64,000 nucleotides of DNA from Octopus vulgaris (Eukaryota). The stretch spans positions 52,638,001 through 52,702,000 of the forward strand of contig OX597814.1 of assembly GCA_951406725.2 (NCBI GenBank), read 5' to 3'. Of the stretch, positions 38,122 through 52,267 are shown one piece after another. Made by a program: the position numbers and the translations under genes. The first letter of the stretch is position 1. Every line of letters starts with the position of its first letter. The notes beneath the pieces were generated by a model. That model did not search any database. It was given only the letters and a program-made list of their open reading frames with translations, and was not told the origin of the DNA.

Positions 38122-38420
38122 GTGGAAGCACATGGCCTAGTGGTTAGAGCAGCGGACTTGTGGTTGAGGGATCGCAGGTTCAAATCTCAGACCGGGTGAT
38201 GTGTGGGTTTAGGAGTGAAACACCTAAGTTCCATGCGGCTCCCGCAGAAGGTAATGGTGAACTTCTGCTGACTCTTTCGCCACAACTTTCTCTCACTCTT
38301 TCCTCCTGCATCTTGCAGCTCACCTGCAATGGACCAGCGTCCCTTTCAGGTGGGGAACCTATACGCCAAGGAAACTGGGAAACTGGCCCTATAAGCCAGG
38401 CATGGCTTGAAAAGGAACAA
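38122..38420 (+). mobile_element. SINE family C (tRNA-derived head)
   Basis: A-box tggcctagtggttag and B-box ggttcaaatc, with an (AAT)n tail. A related copy lies on the minus strand at ~49455-49748. Confidence 0.8.
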
Positions 38421-38441
38421 ATAATAATAATAATAATGATG

Positions 38442-38473
<32 letters not shown>

Positions 38474-38474
<1 letters not shown>

Positions 38475-38800
38475 GGTGCAGGTGTGGCTGTATGGTAAGA
38501 AACTTGGTTCCAAAGCACATGGTCCCACTGTGTGTAAGTTGGCACGTGTCTTCTGCTATAGCCTTAGATCAACTAAAGCCTTGTGAGTTGATTTGGTAGA
38601 CAGAAACTGAAAGAAATCTATCGTATATGTATATATGTAAGTGTATGTGCTTCTCCCTCATCACTGCTTGACCACTGGTGTTGGTTTATTTACATTGCCA
38701 TAACTTACTGGTTTGACAAGAAGAGACCGATAGAATAAGTACCAGGCTTATCAAAATAAAACAAATACATTGGGATCGATTCAGTCGACAAAGAATTCGA
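38474..38800 (+). mobile_element. SINE family A
   Basis: ggtgcaggtgtggctgtatggtaagaa...aaagccttgtgag...gagaccgatagaataagtacc. Confidence 0.8.
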
Positions 38801-38809
38801 CAGATGTAA

Positions 38810-40051
38810 TGCAGTATATGTTTGAAAATGAGGGGGCATAAATGAGGCCATAAACCCCATGAAAATTCATGTAATTTTGCTGTTGATGAAATTTTAAACC
38901 AAAGATATTAGACACAAATGAAGTAATATTCCTAAAATTTCAACTTCTTATGAGTTAGTAAGACCCTTTAATGGGGGTTTAACCCCCACAATTTAGTCAT
39001 TTTTTATAAGCCAAGACAAATACAATTGTAGTCTTGGAAGCTGTACAATCACCTGAGGATACAAGATGAGTGCTATTTGTAATTCAATGATACAACTGTG
39101 TAAGAGTTTACTTTGAAATATATTTAGATTGTGATTTCTGCAATGTGGTGCATAAATTGTCCATGTAAAGGAGAAGCATCTTTGTCTCCACTGATTCAGT
39201 TGCAAAGTGTTATTTTGAGTAAAGTTATTTGGCTGCAGACCTCCTTTGAGTTTTTTTATTATCATTGGGTCAGAGATAGTCCCCAGATGGTAACATTAAT
39301 TTCAAGGTCTTTGCAGATAAGTGATTGGTCATTCAAAGACATTTATAGATTGCAAATTTATTCTATAAGGTTACCTATCTGCATAGTGATCATTGGCAAA
39401 CTCCAGAGGTGGCACTTACATTTCCCCTTAGTTGTTAATGTTTATTTCAGTTGGGTCATGCCCTTCCAATTGCTATAGATCATTAATGCATCTTACAGCT
39501 GTGCCAGTCACCTGTATGGTGAGGAATCCTACAGTGGGGAGTAGTAATAACTAGGGTAGGGTAGTTGATTGCTTATTGTGATCATTTGTCTTTTGGTTTC
39601 CTGTAGCTTTGCTCTCTTATACAAACCCAGTGAGCATTCATATATTTCCAATTTCGAAGAAATTTAAACAATAGATATAAAACACAAGTTAAAAAAGTTT
39701 CCCAACAATTCAACTTCTCTGGTTGACTTTAAGACCACCTGCTAATAGGGGCTTTACGCACACATTTTAGAGCTCTATGTGCTCCATTTTTCAGGAGCAA
39801 AACCCTTTGAATAGGTTTTATAAGATTTGGATTTTGGAATCTAAGCATAAAGATGAGTATTATGGAATAAATATGTCATGATTAGAATTTTTGTTAGGGT
39901 GGGTAAAGAGGAAAAGAACCCTCATTAAAATTCTTAATCTCCAATTTTAATGAAATTCATATCATAGATATTCCAGTTCATTAGAGAAAATATAAAAGAA
40001 AAGTCTAATTCTTCAATTCCATATGACACAGGCAACACTGGGTATATCTGC

Positions 40052-40052
<1 letters not shown>
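38810..40052 (+). mobile_element. Old Helitron with decayed Pif1-helicase C-terminal remnant
   Basis: ORF 39131-39478 contains PQMVTLIS..FK..RLQIYSIRL..VIIGKLQ, resembling RxQFPxRLxFAMTINKxQG. A degenerate 3' end reads cacaggcaacactgggtatatctgc. Confidence 0.5.
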
Positions 40053-40102
<50 letters not shown>

Positions 40103-41378
40103 CAGGGTTTGGGCAGAATAATGGAAACACCTTAAAATTTCAAACAAATTAATTTTAATATGAGGTTGGATGCCTTTGGCAATAATTACAACTTGAATTC
40201 TATGAGATATGGACTCGTATAAAGTTTGAATTGTTTCCAAAGGAATTTTTATTCATTCTTCAGCTAAAACAGTCTCCAGTTCTTGTAGTGATGATGGTGG
40301 AGGATATTGACTCCTTACTTGCTTTTCTAAAATGCATCATAAATGTTCAATAATATTGAGATCTGGGAACTGTGGTGGCCAGATAAGATGTTCAACTTCA
40401 CTAGAATGTTCCTTGTGCCATTCAGTAACAACTTTAGTTGTGTGAATTGGTGCATTATCATCCTGAAAGATTGTGCTCCTTCTGGAAACAGTTCAACAAC
40501 TATAGGATAAATTTGATCAGATAAAATGCTTAAATAGTCTTGACTATTAATTCTGCCAAGAAGGGAAACCATTAGGCTGGCAGATTTCCAAGTATAGCCC
40601 CCCCTCCCCCGATCATCACAGATCCTCCACCATGTTTAACAGTTGGAAGAAGGCAGTCTGGGTCAAATGTTTCTTTTGGCTGTCTTCACACGTATACTCA
40701 GCCGCTGGTTGGAAATAAGGTAAAGGATGACTCGTCTGAGAAAATAACATTTTTCCACTGCTCTAGGGACCAATTCTGTAGGTTTTTACTCCACTCTAAA
40801 CACTTTGTAATGTTTGTTTTTGAAAGTAGTGGTTTTCAGATTGCAGCCCTCCTGTGAAATCTGGCTTTGTGCAGCTCCCAGCAAACAGTTTTTGTGGAAA
40901 CTGGGTTCTTGAGGTGGTCATTAAACTCTGCAGTAATTTTGGGAGCTGTACTTTAGTGATCCTTTCTAACAATTTGTGTAAGAGTCTGATGGTCTCTATC
41001 TGAAAGTTTTGATTTTCTTCTGGAGTTTTGTTTCGATGAGGAGGTTTTTCCCTCTTTCTGAAAGGCTGTCATTACTTTTGAGACAGTACTTCTTGATATA
41101 CCAAACATTTCAGCTGTTTTCATTATGCTAGCCCCTGCCATATGAGCACCAACAGTTTGACCTCTTTGAAAGTTCAATAGATCTGACATTTTAATGAATT
41201 TCAATTACCTTTTTCTGATGATTTCTGAAAAGAAACAGCAATTTTAGCAAAACATGGTAAGTGACACTAAAAATAAATCAAAAAACATAAAAATAAACAA
41301 GCTTTTGACAGTTTTATAGATATTTCAAAATTATGATGCTATGATGCTAGGTATTTCCAATATTTTGTCCAATCCCTG
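40103..41378 (-). mobile_element. Tc1-like transposon, full span, defective
   Basis: TA|CAGGGTTTGGGCAGAATAATGGAAAC ... TTTCCAATATTTTGTCCAATCCCTG|TA. Coding remnants give MSDLLNFQRGQTVG, FSDESSF, QDDNAP and WPPQFPDLNIIEHL. Confidence 0.93.
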
Positions 41379-42019
41379 TATATGTATATGTGTGTGTGTG
41401 TGTGTGTGCATATGTGTAAATAGATGTGACAGGAAATATGCAGCTTCAGAGAAGCCCCACCCACCTCAGCAAAATACCACTTTTGTTACTACACAGAACC
41501 AATCTATCGTTCACCACTCCACTGAATCAACAACTATCCTCCCCCACCACCATACATCTTCCACCTTTCCCGTGCACTATGCTTCCCTCTCTCTCATCCT
41601 TCTCTTCTCTACTGTTTCAGCATTGCTCTTCTGATGCTCAGCACAATCAATCATTGTCTACCCCTACTCCATCACTCACTTCTAAAATGTGTGTAGTCAT
41701 GTAGCTCCTCTACATCTAGAAACCTGTTCGACTCTGGCTCCTTCTCCAATACTTTTACCATTCTTATGCCCCTTATCTCCTAATGGGAAGATTCCCTATC
41801 TCCTGAAGTCTTGCAAGCTGCATGAAGGCCTCACTAGTGCTGGTGACATGAAAAAAGCACTCATTACATGCTGTGAATTGGTTGGCATTAGGAAGGGTAT
41901 CCAGCTGTAAAAATGTCAAAGAAGACACTGGGGTATGATTCAGTCCTTGGGCCCATTAAATCCTGTCACACTATCCAACTCATGTGAACATGGACATAAA
42001 ATGATAATTATGATATATG

Positions 42020-42078
<59 letters not shown>

Positions 42079-44035
42079 ATATATACACAATATATATATA
42101 TGTATATATATGTGTATATTTATATATATATATGTGTGTGTGTGTATATATATATATATTATATTGATGTGGCAATAAACATCACACACACACATGTATA
42201 ATAAATTATATATATGTGTGTGTGTATTTAGTTATGCATGTATATATATGTTGGTGATTGCTCCCTTTCACAGGATGATTGCTGTCTCCTGATGCTTCCA
42301 TGTCTATGCCATTTGTAACCTTCTGTCCATGGTCTCTCAGTCTTGTTGTAGATTTGCATCATTTAAAGCATAGGTGACAGATGAAAGGTGTAATTTACTG
42401 TGTTATGCTAACTAGCTAGTTCTGCACATGTTGCTACTCTTCAATCACCATAGGGCCTCAGTAGATGGAATGACAGATGAGATCTCCCTAAAGAGACTGG
42501 GTATGACTTAAAACTGCATCTGAAAGTGGGGCTCTGGTTCAGGAGTTCCAGTGTTTTGAGGAGTGTGAAATCACCTCTTAGCCAATATTGCTCCCTAGTC
42601 TACTCTGACCCAGAGCAGGAGCATCTAAGGTGGTGAGCTGGCAGAATCATTACCATGCTGGGCAAAATACTTTGTGGCATTTTGTCCATCTTCACATTGT
42701 GAGTACAAATTCTGCTGAGGTCAATTTTGCCTTTCATCCTTTTGGGGTTGATGGATTAAGCACCAATGAAACACTGGGATTGATGTAATCAACTAGTCCA
42801 CACCACCCAAATTTCAGGCCTTGTGCCTTTAGTAGAAAGGATGATATATCAAAATAGGAAGGTTGAAGAATTTTCTGGTATCAGTTATTCACTATTGCCC
42901 ATACCTCATTTGCTTGTAGGAATTACATAGTTGTACATGTTGGATAAATGTGTAAGAAATTTCTATTAGAAATTCTTCAGACAGAGAATCAAATAATACT
43001 TATTACATATTATTTGATTCTCTGTCTGATGAATTTCTAACAGGAAATTTCTTACATGTGTATCTGATATGTACGACTTTGTGAATCCTATTAGCAAAGA
43101 AACATGTATAATAATGAATAAATAATACCAGACCTTCCACATTCCTATTTTGTAATACATGCTGGTGTCACATAAAAAGCACTCAGTCCACTCTGTGGTG
43201 TGGTTGATGTTAGGAAGGGCATCCAGCCGTAAAAACCATGCCAAAACATACTGATGCCTGGTGCAATCTTCTACCTTACGAGCTCCTGTCAAACCGTCCA
43301 ACCCATGCCTGCATAGAAAGCAGACATTAGCTGATGATGACGATATATACCCATGCCAGCATGGCAGACGAACGTTAAGTGATGATGATGATGACGATAC
43401 ATGTATATATATTGTCATATATTTGTCGTATATGAATATCTCTCACATAGAAGCATGTACGTGTGTATGTGTGTGTGATTGCGCGCGCATAATATATTAC
43501 TATATCAAACGTGTATTTTGCTTCATGACCATATGAAGGTACGCTTGCTTTCATATTTAGTTACAAGCCTTCTCAGGTGTCAAGGACTTTGCTGAGCGAC
43601 TCAAGGATGTTTCAAGGATAGAGGTTGTCAGTTACGGAAGTGTCTATTTTCCGCATCATAGTTTCTCCATTCTGTCATTCTCTTTAACAGCTGCTCTGTT
43701 CAACCGCTTTTTTTTCAACGCTCTTGTTATTTTAACCTTCATAGGGGTTGCAGTTTATTGGTTGAGTTTATGACTCCAGTCGTTTTATTATTGTCTCGGG
43801 TCCTTGTGGCCAATAAAAGAAATTATTATTATTGTTCCTTCTCCTTCAGTGTATACCGTGTGTACTTTCTTTCCTTTTTCTCTTTTTATTTTTATCATTT
43901 CATTATATATAACCCCCCCCACACACACACACACACAAAGCGTGGGGGTTAAATATATCTTTGTATTGTCATCCTTGTGGCAAATACATGAAATCATCAT
44001 CATCATCATCATTATTATCATCATTATTATTATTA

Positions 44036-44266
44036 GTAGCTGGCAGAATCGTTAGCACGCTGGGCGAAATGCGTAGCCGTATTTTCGTCTGACGTTACGT
44101 TCTGAGTTCAAATTCCGCCGAGGTCGACTTTGCCCCCTTTCGGGGTCGATTAAATAAGTACCAGTTACGCACTGAGGTCGATATAATCGACTTAATCCGT
44201 TTGTCTGTCCTTGTTTGTCCTCTCTGTGTTTAGCCCTTTGTGGGTAGTAAAGAAATAGGTATTTCG
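44036..44266 (+). mobile_element. SINE family B, well preserved
   Basis: agctggcagaatcgttagcacgc...gagttcaaattccgccgaggtcgactttgcc...ggggtcgat. Others lie at ~23345-23520, 42628-42842, 44300-44430, 45420-45640 and 52300-52505. Confidence 0.88.
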
Positions 44267-46014
44267 GGGTAGTCGGTTATTATTATTATTATTATTGACT
44301 CAGGTGTTCAACTGGTACTTATTTTATCAACCTGAAAGGATGAAAGGCAAAATCGACCTCGGCAGAATTTGGATTCAGAATGTAAAGACGGATATTTTGT
44401 CCAGCATGCTAACAATTCTGCCAGCTTTCTGTCTTATGTAAAACGAAATATTACAAAACTAATTTATTAGATTATTTTCTCATGCAGCAGTTGTGTAATA
44501 TAGTGTGACACATGTAAGGTTTTTTATAACGACAGTTTAGGCCCTTAGAATTACGATGTATATTATATATGGTAACGTATATATTGACTTGATTGTATAC
44601 ACATAATAGCTGTAACCTTGTATTTAAAGCATCTGTACAACTGTATGCAGTTGGTAAGCACCTACGAGCTTGTAAATAGCTCTAAGTATAGTTGCTAATA
44701 CGTCTGGATTTACACACTTAGGTATCAGCGGGCTTACATAGAAATATGAAAGACTTATAGAAAGATAGGTATTGTAAAATAAGTATACGACAAGCAGCCA
44801 TTAAGTTTTAGAAGTCAATCACTTGGCAAAATGTCTAGATTCTTGCTTTATTACTAAAACTGAAATCAATAGCAATTGATATTTTTCTCTACTTTTCCCC
44901 ATTTTCCCCCATTTTTCTTTTTGCCTGTGATACAAATCACATTTACAGTAAAAGGAAAGGTAATTGATTTGAGCCCCTCACGATATTCCTTGTACTTATT
45001 GATCTTGAAGTGATGAGGCACAGTGGGAAGAAAACCATTAGTCTGGTTGTGTGGCAGTTGCATTAATTCCAGTACTATGTACATATTAATTAACTATTAT
45101 TTGTAGAAACATTGACTCTTTATAGAAATTGTGTTTGCTTAGGATTGAAGTATAATAGATATACTTTAAGAGAAAAAGCTGTGTGATGTTGCAACTATTA
45201 CTGAGGGTATTAACAATTTAAGTGAAATCAAATAACTCCTGCTGAATATCATAACTTGACTGCAAACTTGCATTTATTGGAGCATAACTCTGGCACCTCT
45301 TTTTCAAATATTCGTGTTGATTTTATTTATTGGAGCATAATTTAGCACCTCTTATTCAAATATTCATGTTGATTTTATTTGACTTATAAAGATACTAACT
45401 ATAGAAGTAATGTTCATATAAGGTGGCAAGCTGGCAGAGTCACTACTGCAATGGATAAAATGCTTAGTGCATTTCTTCCAACTTTACCTTCTAGGTTCAA
45501 AAGGCGCTGTAGTCAACTTTGCCTTTCATTATTTTGGAGGTTGATAAAAAAAAAATAAAGCACCAGTTGAGCGTTGGGTTGATGTAATTGATTCTCCCAC
45601 ATCACAATTGCTAGTCTTGTGCCAAAATTTGAAACCAATGTTCATATAATATCTACACAACTTCTGATTTCCTTTAGAAATTGACACTGTATATATTTAC
45701 AGAAATACTGGTTTACATATAAAGCTACAGTCTGTCTTTAGTGTTAGTGTCAATGTGTGTGTTTTTGAAGGAACGATACGTTTTTTAAATGACTTTTCTG
45801 AGAGGAGAGGCTTGAAATGTTTAGTTTTTATGAGTCAACTGATTTGCTGTCTACATTTATAACCCTTAGAGTTGCTGCTAGCTTAGTCAATAGGGAATTG
45901 GTCCTGCAGCCACAAGCATCTTAGTTTGTATATTATTACAGTCATTACCTTGAGTTCAAATCCTCCCAAGGTCATTTTTGCATTTTTATCCTCTCATTTG
46001 TCTGGATAATAATT

Positions 46015-47360
46015 CTTTCTATTATAATAAAAGGCCTGGAATTTAGAGGGAAGGGGGTTTAGCTTATTACATTGACCCCCAGTGCTCAACTGGTACTTAT
46101 TTTATTGACCCCAAAAGAATGAAAGGTAAAGTCAACTTTAGTGGAATTTGGATTCAGAATGTAAAGACAGATGAAATACTGTTTAAGTATTTTCTCAGGT
46201 GTGCTAATGATTCTGCCAGTTTGCTACTTTAGGTATCTGAATAATAATGAAAAGAAAGAAAGACAGAAACAGACAGACACATAGACAGATAGACAGTCTA
46301 AACGGATACTTGACCTATGATACACACACTCACATACACTTGACCTGTGAGTAGTAACTGCAAAGTCGCTTTACTGACTTATAGTTTGAGAACTGATTGG
46401 ATATCTGTACTGCGAGGTGATTGTCTCTACTGAAATTTTATCTGTCTGCATTCCACTTCTCCTTCTACTATGATTTCTAATATAGGCACAAAGTCACAAA
46501 TGTTGGGGAAGGATGTAGTTGAAATAATGGACTCAGTAATTGACTTATGCTTTATTTTATATCAATCTAAGAAGGATTTGGATTTAGAATGTAAAGAGGG
46601 ACTACTAAAGTGCCAACTAAATGCCACTAAATAAAAAGCTAGTGGTAACTAGATACCACCTAGTAATTCCAATACATCTACTATTATTACAATGGTTGTA
46701 ATGATGGTTTCAAATTTTGGTGCAAGGCCAGCAATTTTGGGTGAGGGGATAAGTCGATTACATCAATTCCAACACTCAACTGATACTTATTTTATTGACC
46801 CCCAACAGGATGAAAGACAAAGTCATCCCCAGCAGCATTTGAACTCAGAATGTGAAGACAGATGAAATGCTTCAAAGCACTTTGCCCAGCGTACTAGTGA
46901 TTCTATCAGCTCGTTGCCTTATGAGGGGAATAGTAATACTGATTTCAAATTTTGGCACAAGGCCAGCAATTTCAGGGGAGAGGTTAAGTCAATTACACTG
47001 ACCCCAGGGCTTAACTGATACTTATTTTATTGATCCTGTAAAGATGAAAAGCAAATTTGACTTTGGCAGAATTTGAACTCAGAATGTAAAGATGGACAAA
47101 ATGCTACTTAGCATTTTGCCCAGTGAGCTAACAATTCTGCCAGCTGGTAGTGATAATCCTTTCTACTATAGGCTCAAGGCCTGAAATTTAGGGGAGGGGT
47201 ACAGTTGATTACATCGATCCCGGTACTCAACTGATACTTATTTTACTGACTCCAAAAGGATGAAAGACAAAGTCAACCTCGGCAAAATTTGAACTCAGAA
47301 AGTAAAGCCGGACGAAATGCCACTAAGCATTTTGCCTGGCGTATTAACGATTTTGCCTCT
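46015..47360 (-). mobile_element. Cluster of 4-5 co-oriented SINE family B copies
   Basis: The caaggcc...ctcaactg.tacttatttt...gaatttg.a.tcagaa block recurs at ~46030, 46470 (decayed), 46720, 46955 and 47170. Confidence 0.85.
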
Positions 47361-47884
47361 TGCAGTGGTCATAATAATGGCAGTAATAAAACCTGACCAA
47401 TTACATGAGCTTCACCACAGAGATAGAACTTCCACCTCTATCTCTTTAAACCTGTGTATCTCCTCTCATTCATACACATGCAGTCAGTTACTTTACTACC
47501 TCTCCCTTCTCTATATATCTTTCTCATTTCCTATAATACAATGCTAAGCTTTGATTATTTTCACATAATACTTAAGTGATTGTTTTATTGTGCTAAATGC
47601 CAGAGTTGAGAGATTGTTAGTATGTAAGGAAGTTGTAGAGACACAAAGAAAGAGTAAACTAGCTATTCATGTTCACATTAAACAGTGGGAGGTCAAATTA
47701 CACTCCACTGCTGTGGTTCTCAACCTTTTCTATGTCCCACACCCCTAGGAAATGTTTAGTTTTCATGTCCCTGCAAATGTAATATCATGTTCGAAGGTGA
47801 AAAAGTCAATTTTCTAATAACTTACTTTCTAATATTTTTTTTTCTCAAAGTGTATTTAGGTGTGGCATAATGGTTAGGGTGCTT

Positions 47885-47885
47885 T

Positions 47886-47972
<87 letters not shown>
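47885..47972. repeat. (TTTC)n microsatellite
   Basis: Directly visible. Confidence 0.97.
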
Positions 47973-47973
<1 letters not shown>

Positions 47974-48270
47974 TTCTTTTTTCTTTCTTTTTTCATTAGC
48001 CTATGTACAGTAAGTAAGTTCATGGTGTACTTAAAATAACAAAGCTATTTTCAAGTGTTAAGTTTAATAACATTATTCTGAAAAGCAATTTCAATAACAT
48101 ATATTACTTTCCTTCCTTGTTACAACTTCTGAAATGCCACTTCCATATCCCCAGGGGTTGCAGACACCCCACATTGTTCTACTGCATTAAAGAAAGCAAT
48201 TATACATTAGAATAAAAGATGAGGTGGCTACAGTGGGAATTTGCTTGCTCATAGGTTTACTCAAAGTTAA

Positions 48271-48489
48271 CTTTTTAGTATTCACATTATTCTGTCAAAT
48301 GTGATGGTTATTTATTCACATTGTTCTAAATTAACCATGCACTATCTCAGCTTTGAGATTTTGATGATGTGATTGTATATTTTTAGATTGGCATTTTAGA
48401 TAAGTGTGAGAGGCTAGATCTGGCTACTTTGAACATAAAACAGTTAGCGTTTACATTGGCCAGATATGGTCAGTGTAAACACTAAAAAG
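48271..48489. mobile_element. piggyBac-like MITE
   Basis: TTAA|CTTTTTAGT ... ACTAAAAAG|TTAA. Same family as 57829-58057. Confidence 0.7.
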
Positions 48490-49830
48490 TTAAAACAATA
48501 ATGACTGCAGAGGTCATTTGTCTTAACATAATGTCCTTTACTAAAGTGACAAACAACAGCTCCCATGCTAGAACCTAGATTTTGAGAGATTATGACACCG
48601 ATATTTTGATATCAGTATCAGAGATCACAACGAAATATCAGTCATTAAACTTTCTTTGATTTCACAGGTGTTGATCGGTATACACAACCTGCCTTCTACA
48701 GAGTACAGGTTTCATACACATAATTTGACCTTTTTGATTTTGTTCTAGATATTTGAAACTGGAGAGCAGTGTCATCGCTGCACAAAAATACTGAATAGTG
48801 TTTAACAGTTACCAGGTTACTTTCTTTAATTTTTTTGTTCTTTCTCCTTTTCTTTTCTTGACTTTCTCCTTTACCTTACCTTTCCTTCTTTCTGTTTGTT
48901 CTTTTCTTATTCCTCTTTCATTCTCTTTTCGCCACCTCTCTCTCACATGATATAATTGGTGTTACCTTGAACAACATATATTCCTATACACATGGTTCTG
49001 TCATTCACTCTTCAATAATATAAGTTACAAAATAATGCATGTTTAATTGAAAACAATGTGAATAAATAAGTATTACTTTTGAAAGAATACTGTGGATGCT
49101 AAAGGGTTAAAGCTTAGCTGTCACTTGCAAGCAAATATGACTTGGTAGCATGTATCATGCTTTCAGGTACCTATGTACCTGTTTTCAGGTTTTAGGTACC
49201 TATATAATTACAAACAGACACCCTCTCAGTCTTCTCACCATTATCTCTGTGGAACAAAAAGGGGATATGACAGCTAGAAGTTGAGAGCACTTGGCTGGTA
49301 TATATTTTCAGCTGAGTAGACTATAATATCATAAAATGACATCCTTTGTTCAAGGACACAGCATGATGTCCTCTCCAGGAACTGAAACCCATAACCCTAT
49401 GATCATGAGCCCAGCACTCTAACCATTTGGCCACACATCTAAATATATTTTTTTTTGTTGCCCTTTTCAAGCCTAGTCAGACTTTCCCGGCTTCTGTGGC
49501 ATATGTGTTCCCCCCAGCCGGACGGGGCGCCAGTCCATTGCAGCGTTACTCAAGAAACAGGAAGAGAGAGTGAGAGAAAGTTAGGGCGAAAGAGTACAAC
49601 AGGGGTCGCCACCACTCCCTGCCAGAGCCTAATGGAGCTTTTAGGTGTTTTCACTCAATAAACACACACAACTCCTGATCTGGGAATTGAAACTGTGATC
49701 CCCCGACCGCAAGTCCGCTGCCCTAACCACTGGGCCATTGCACCTCCACCACATCTAAATATGCATTTAGAAAAATATATTAGGCATGTAGAGTGGTATC
49801 TGTGATATGACAGGTGATGTTGAGAATATA

Positions 49831-51058
49831 TTGGGTCATCCTATAGATAATGCAGTTTTTTTTATACTCCTTTTATTTTTTAAAATTAAGATAAACAAAG
49901 TTCTTTTTTAATCTAAAATATACTTTCCTTTATTTTCTACAATGCTCTTCCATATATCTGGCAGACTTGCAAAGCCCACCTTCCAAAATTCACTTCTCCA
50001 TGACAAAAGTACTGACCTCGTCTACAGAATTCATATTTTTTCTGCCCAAATGATTTTGAAGACTGTGGAATAAATGATAATCAGATGGGACAATGTCTGG
50101 CGAATATGGTTGGTGGAGCATCGTTTCTCATTCAAACTGCTCCAGCCTTTGGAATGTCATCCTCGCTGTATGTGGCTGAGCATTATCATGAGGGAAGAGT
50201 ACCTTTTCTCTTGAAACCAAAGATAGTTGTTTTTCTTCTAGTGCTGACTTAAGCCACTGAAGCTACTCGCAGTAGATCTCCTTTGTTATTGTTTGGTTTG
50301 GGTTTAAAAGTTCAAAGTGGACTAAACCATTCATATCTCACCAATCAGACAACGACACCTTACATGGGTGAAGACCTTCTTTAGTCTGGGTGCCAATGTC
50401 TCTCCTTTCCCTACCCACTTGACATTTTTATAGAGAACCCATTTCTTGTCAACAGTCACTATTCAGTCCAAAAGAGGTTCATCCATGAGACATGACAGCA
50501 AAGAAGAGCACACATTCACTCTTTGCACATGATTAGACTCGGAAAGTTTGTGAGGAACTCATTGACCTAATTTACTGACTTTTCTGATGGCACGCAGGTG
50601 TTGATGAATGGTTGAATGACCAAATCCAAGTTTCTCTACTAGTTCCTCAGCAGCTACTATGGGGTTTTGTTCTAGCAGTGTTTGCAGGACATCCTTGTGG
50701 AGCTCTACAGATCTTCAAGGACGAGGCTCGGCTTCTAGATCATAGTTTCTGGCATAGAATTTCTAGAACCACCGTTGACACTGGCTTACATTCATTGTCC
50801 GATCCCCATATACTGCATTAATATTTCTCACACTTTCCGTTGCGTTGTTGCCTTTATTGAACTCGTAAAGCAAAATATGCTGAATATACCCCCTTGTTAT
50901 TTCCATTATAGCTTTGAAAAATAACTATTTAAATCGAACTGCACTCTTCAAAACTTGTACTAAGAATAAGTGCCAGGTAAAATTACTATCTGCTTATATA
51001 GCAAGTTGATGCAGGTAGTTTATCCTGTTCCCCTCTGACTTTTAGTTCATGACCCAGT
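49831..51058 (-). mobile_element. Mariner transposon, heavily decayed
   Basis: Minus-strand remnants match *VPHKL (WVPHEL), TVDKKW, HDNAQPH and PYSPDIVPSDYHLF. Residual IR TGGGTCAT / ATGACCCA. Confidence 0.8.
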
Positions 51059-51235
51059 TCTTTCACCACAATCAGTTGATATCAGGTAATGTTACTTTTA
51101 GGTATAATGGTTTTAACTTTACCTTTTATTTCAAATTTCATAGTGCTTATGCAAAATAATAAAATAAAATTTTTTAATAACTTAAAAATAGAATTAAATG
51201 AAATTGATTTCTCATTTGTGTTTTCACTTTAACTA

Positions 51236-52267
51236 TCAGGCTGAGTAAAAAGTAAGCAACGTTTTGAAACATGAAATTCATCACAATATATTTCAACAAT
51301 GCAGAAATTTTATTGATCAAAGTAAGTACCATTACAATCAACACGTTTTTGCCAATGAGTTACAAGCTTGTTTATTCTGGTAACCTAAATATCTGGAGTT
51401 CTGGAGCTGATGAACTCTTTGCACTTTCAGCATCAGCTTTATTTTTGAACTCCTTCTCTCACAGGAAACCATCAAGATACTTGAAAAAGTGGTAGCCGGT
51501 AGGAGAAGGGTCTGGGGAATAAGCTAGGTTATTATTCCAGAGTATGAAACAGTCTTCCAGGTATCTACTTCCGGAGGGATGTCTTTCACCCTCACCCTGG
51601 AAGTACGTCTTGCAAGGTAGCTGAGTAGAAGCACCACCTCATCCGTTCTCAGTGGAATCACTGCGTGTAGCCTGGCTTTCGCTGCAGTATGAAACTGCAC
51701 CTCCACCTTTGTCCTCTGGCATGGTACACAACATCTTGCCAGATTGGTTGCAATGCCTTCTCGATCTGTAGTGTTGCTGTCACCTCCACCTTCTTTACCT
51801 TTGGATTAAACATCCTGTATACTACAGTTCTTTCTGTTGTCGACTTTATAACATTGCTAGGAGGGGACACAATGACTTTCTGTCCCTCCCTGCATAACAT
51901 GTCTTTAACTTGTCTCTCTCAAACCTCTCTGTGCCCAGCTCTTAACTGCGTCCTCTGGCCACAGCTGCAAAACTTACTCCTGCACTCCTTTCCATTTGTA
52001 TTTCTCGGTCTATTGCACCCAGGCTCCTCAGCAATTCCTCTTCAGATGTTGTTCTGTCTGACAAATCTTCATACATCATGAAGACACATAGATGATTGTA
52101 ACAACGGTGAAAAAAATAACAATGTTAATTTATTGATGCATTTAGGCAAGTCTATGTCTGTATTATCAGACAATTACAAAAATGTTTTGAAAAAATTCAA
52201 AACACAGCAAAAATTCGGTACAAATTCCTCATGGTTCAAAACGTTGCTTACTTTTTACTCAACCAGA
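51236..52267. mobile_element. Mariner-derived element containing a foreign coding fragment
   Basis: TIRs TA|TCAGGCTGAGTAAAAAGTAAGCAACGTTTTGAA and TTCAAAACGTTGCTTACTTTTTACTCAACCAGA|TA. The GC-richer interior ~51525-52075 has minus-strand ORF pieces. Confidence 0.8.

Noticed and set aside
38122-38200. tRNA gene
   Set aside because: The tRNA-like head continues into a SINE body with an (AAT)n tail, and no complete cloverleaf is evident.
43570-43665. GSVYFPHH resembling the USP C-terminal GSVSDYxxHH
   Set aside because: Spacing is wrong and there is no upstream GSRG motif.
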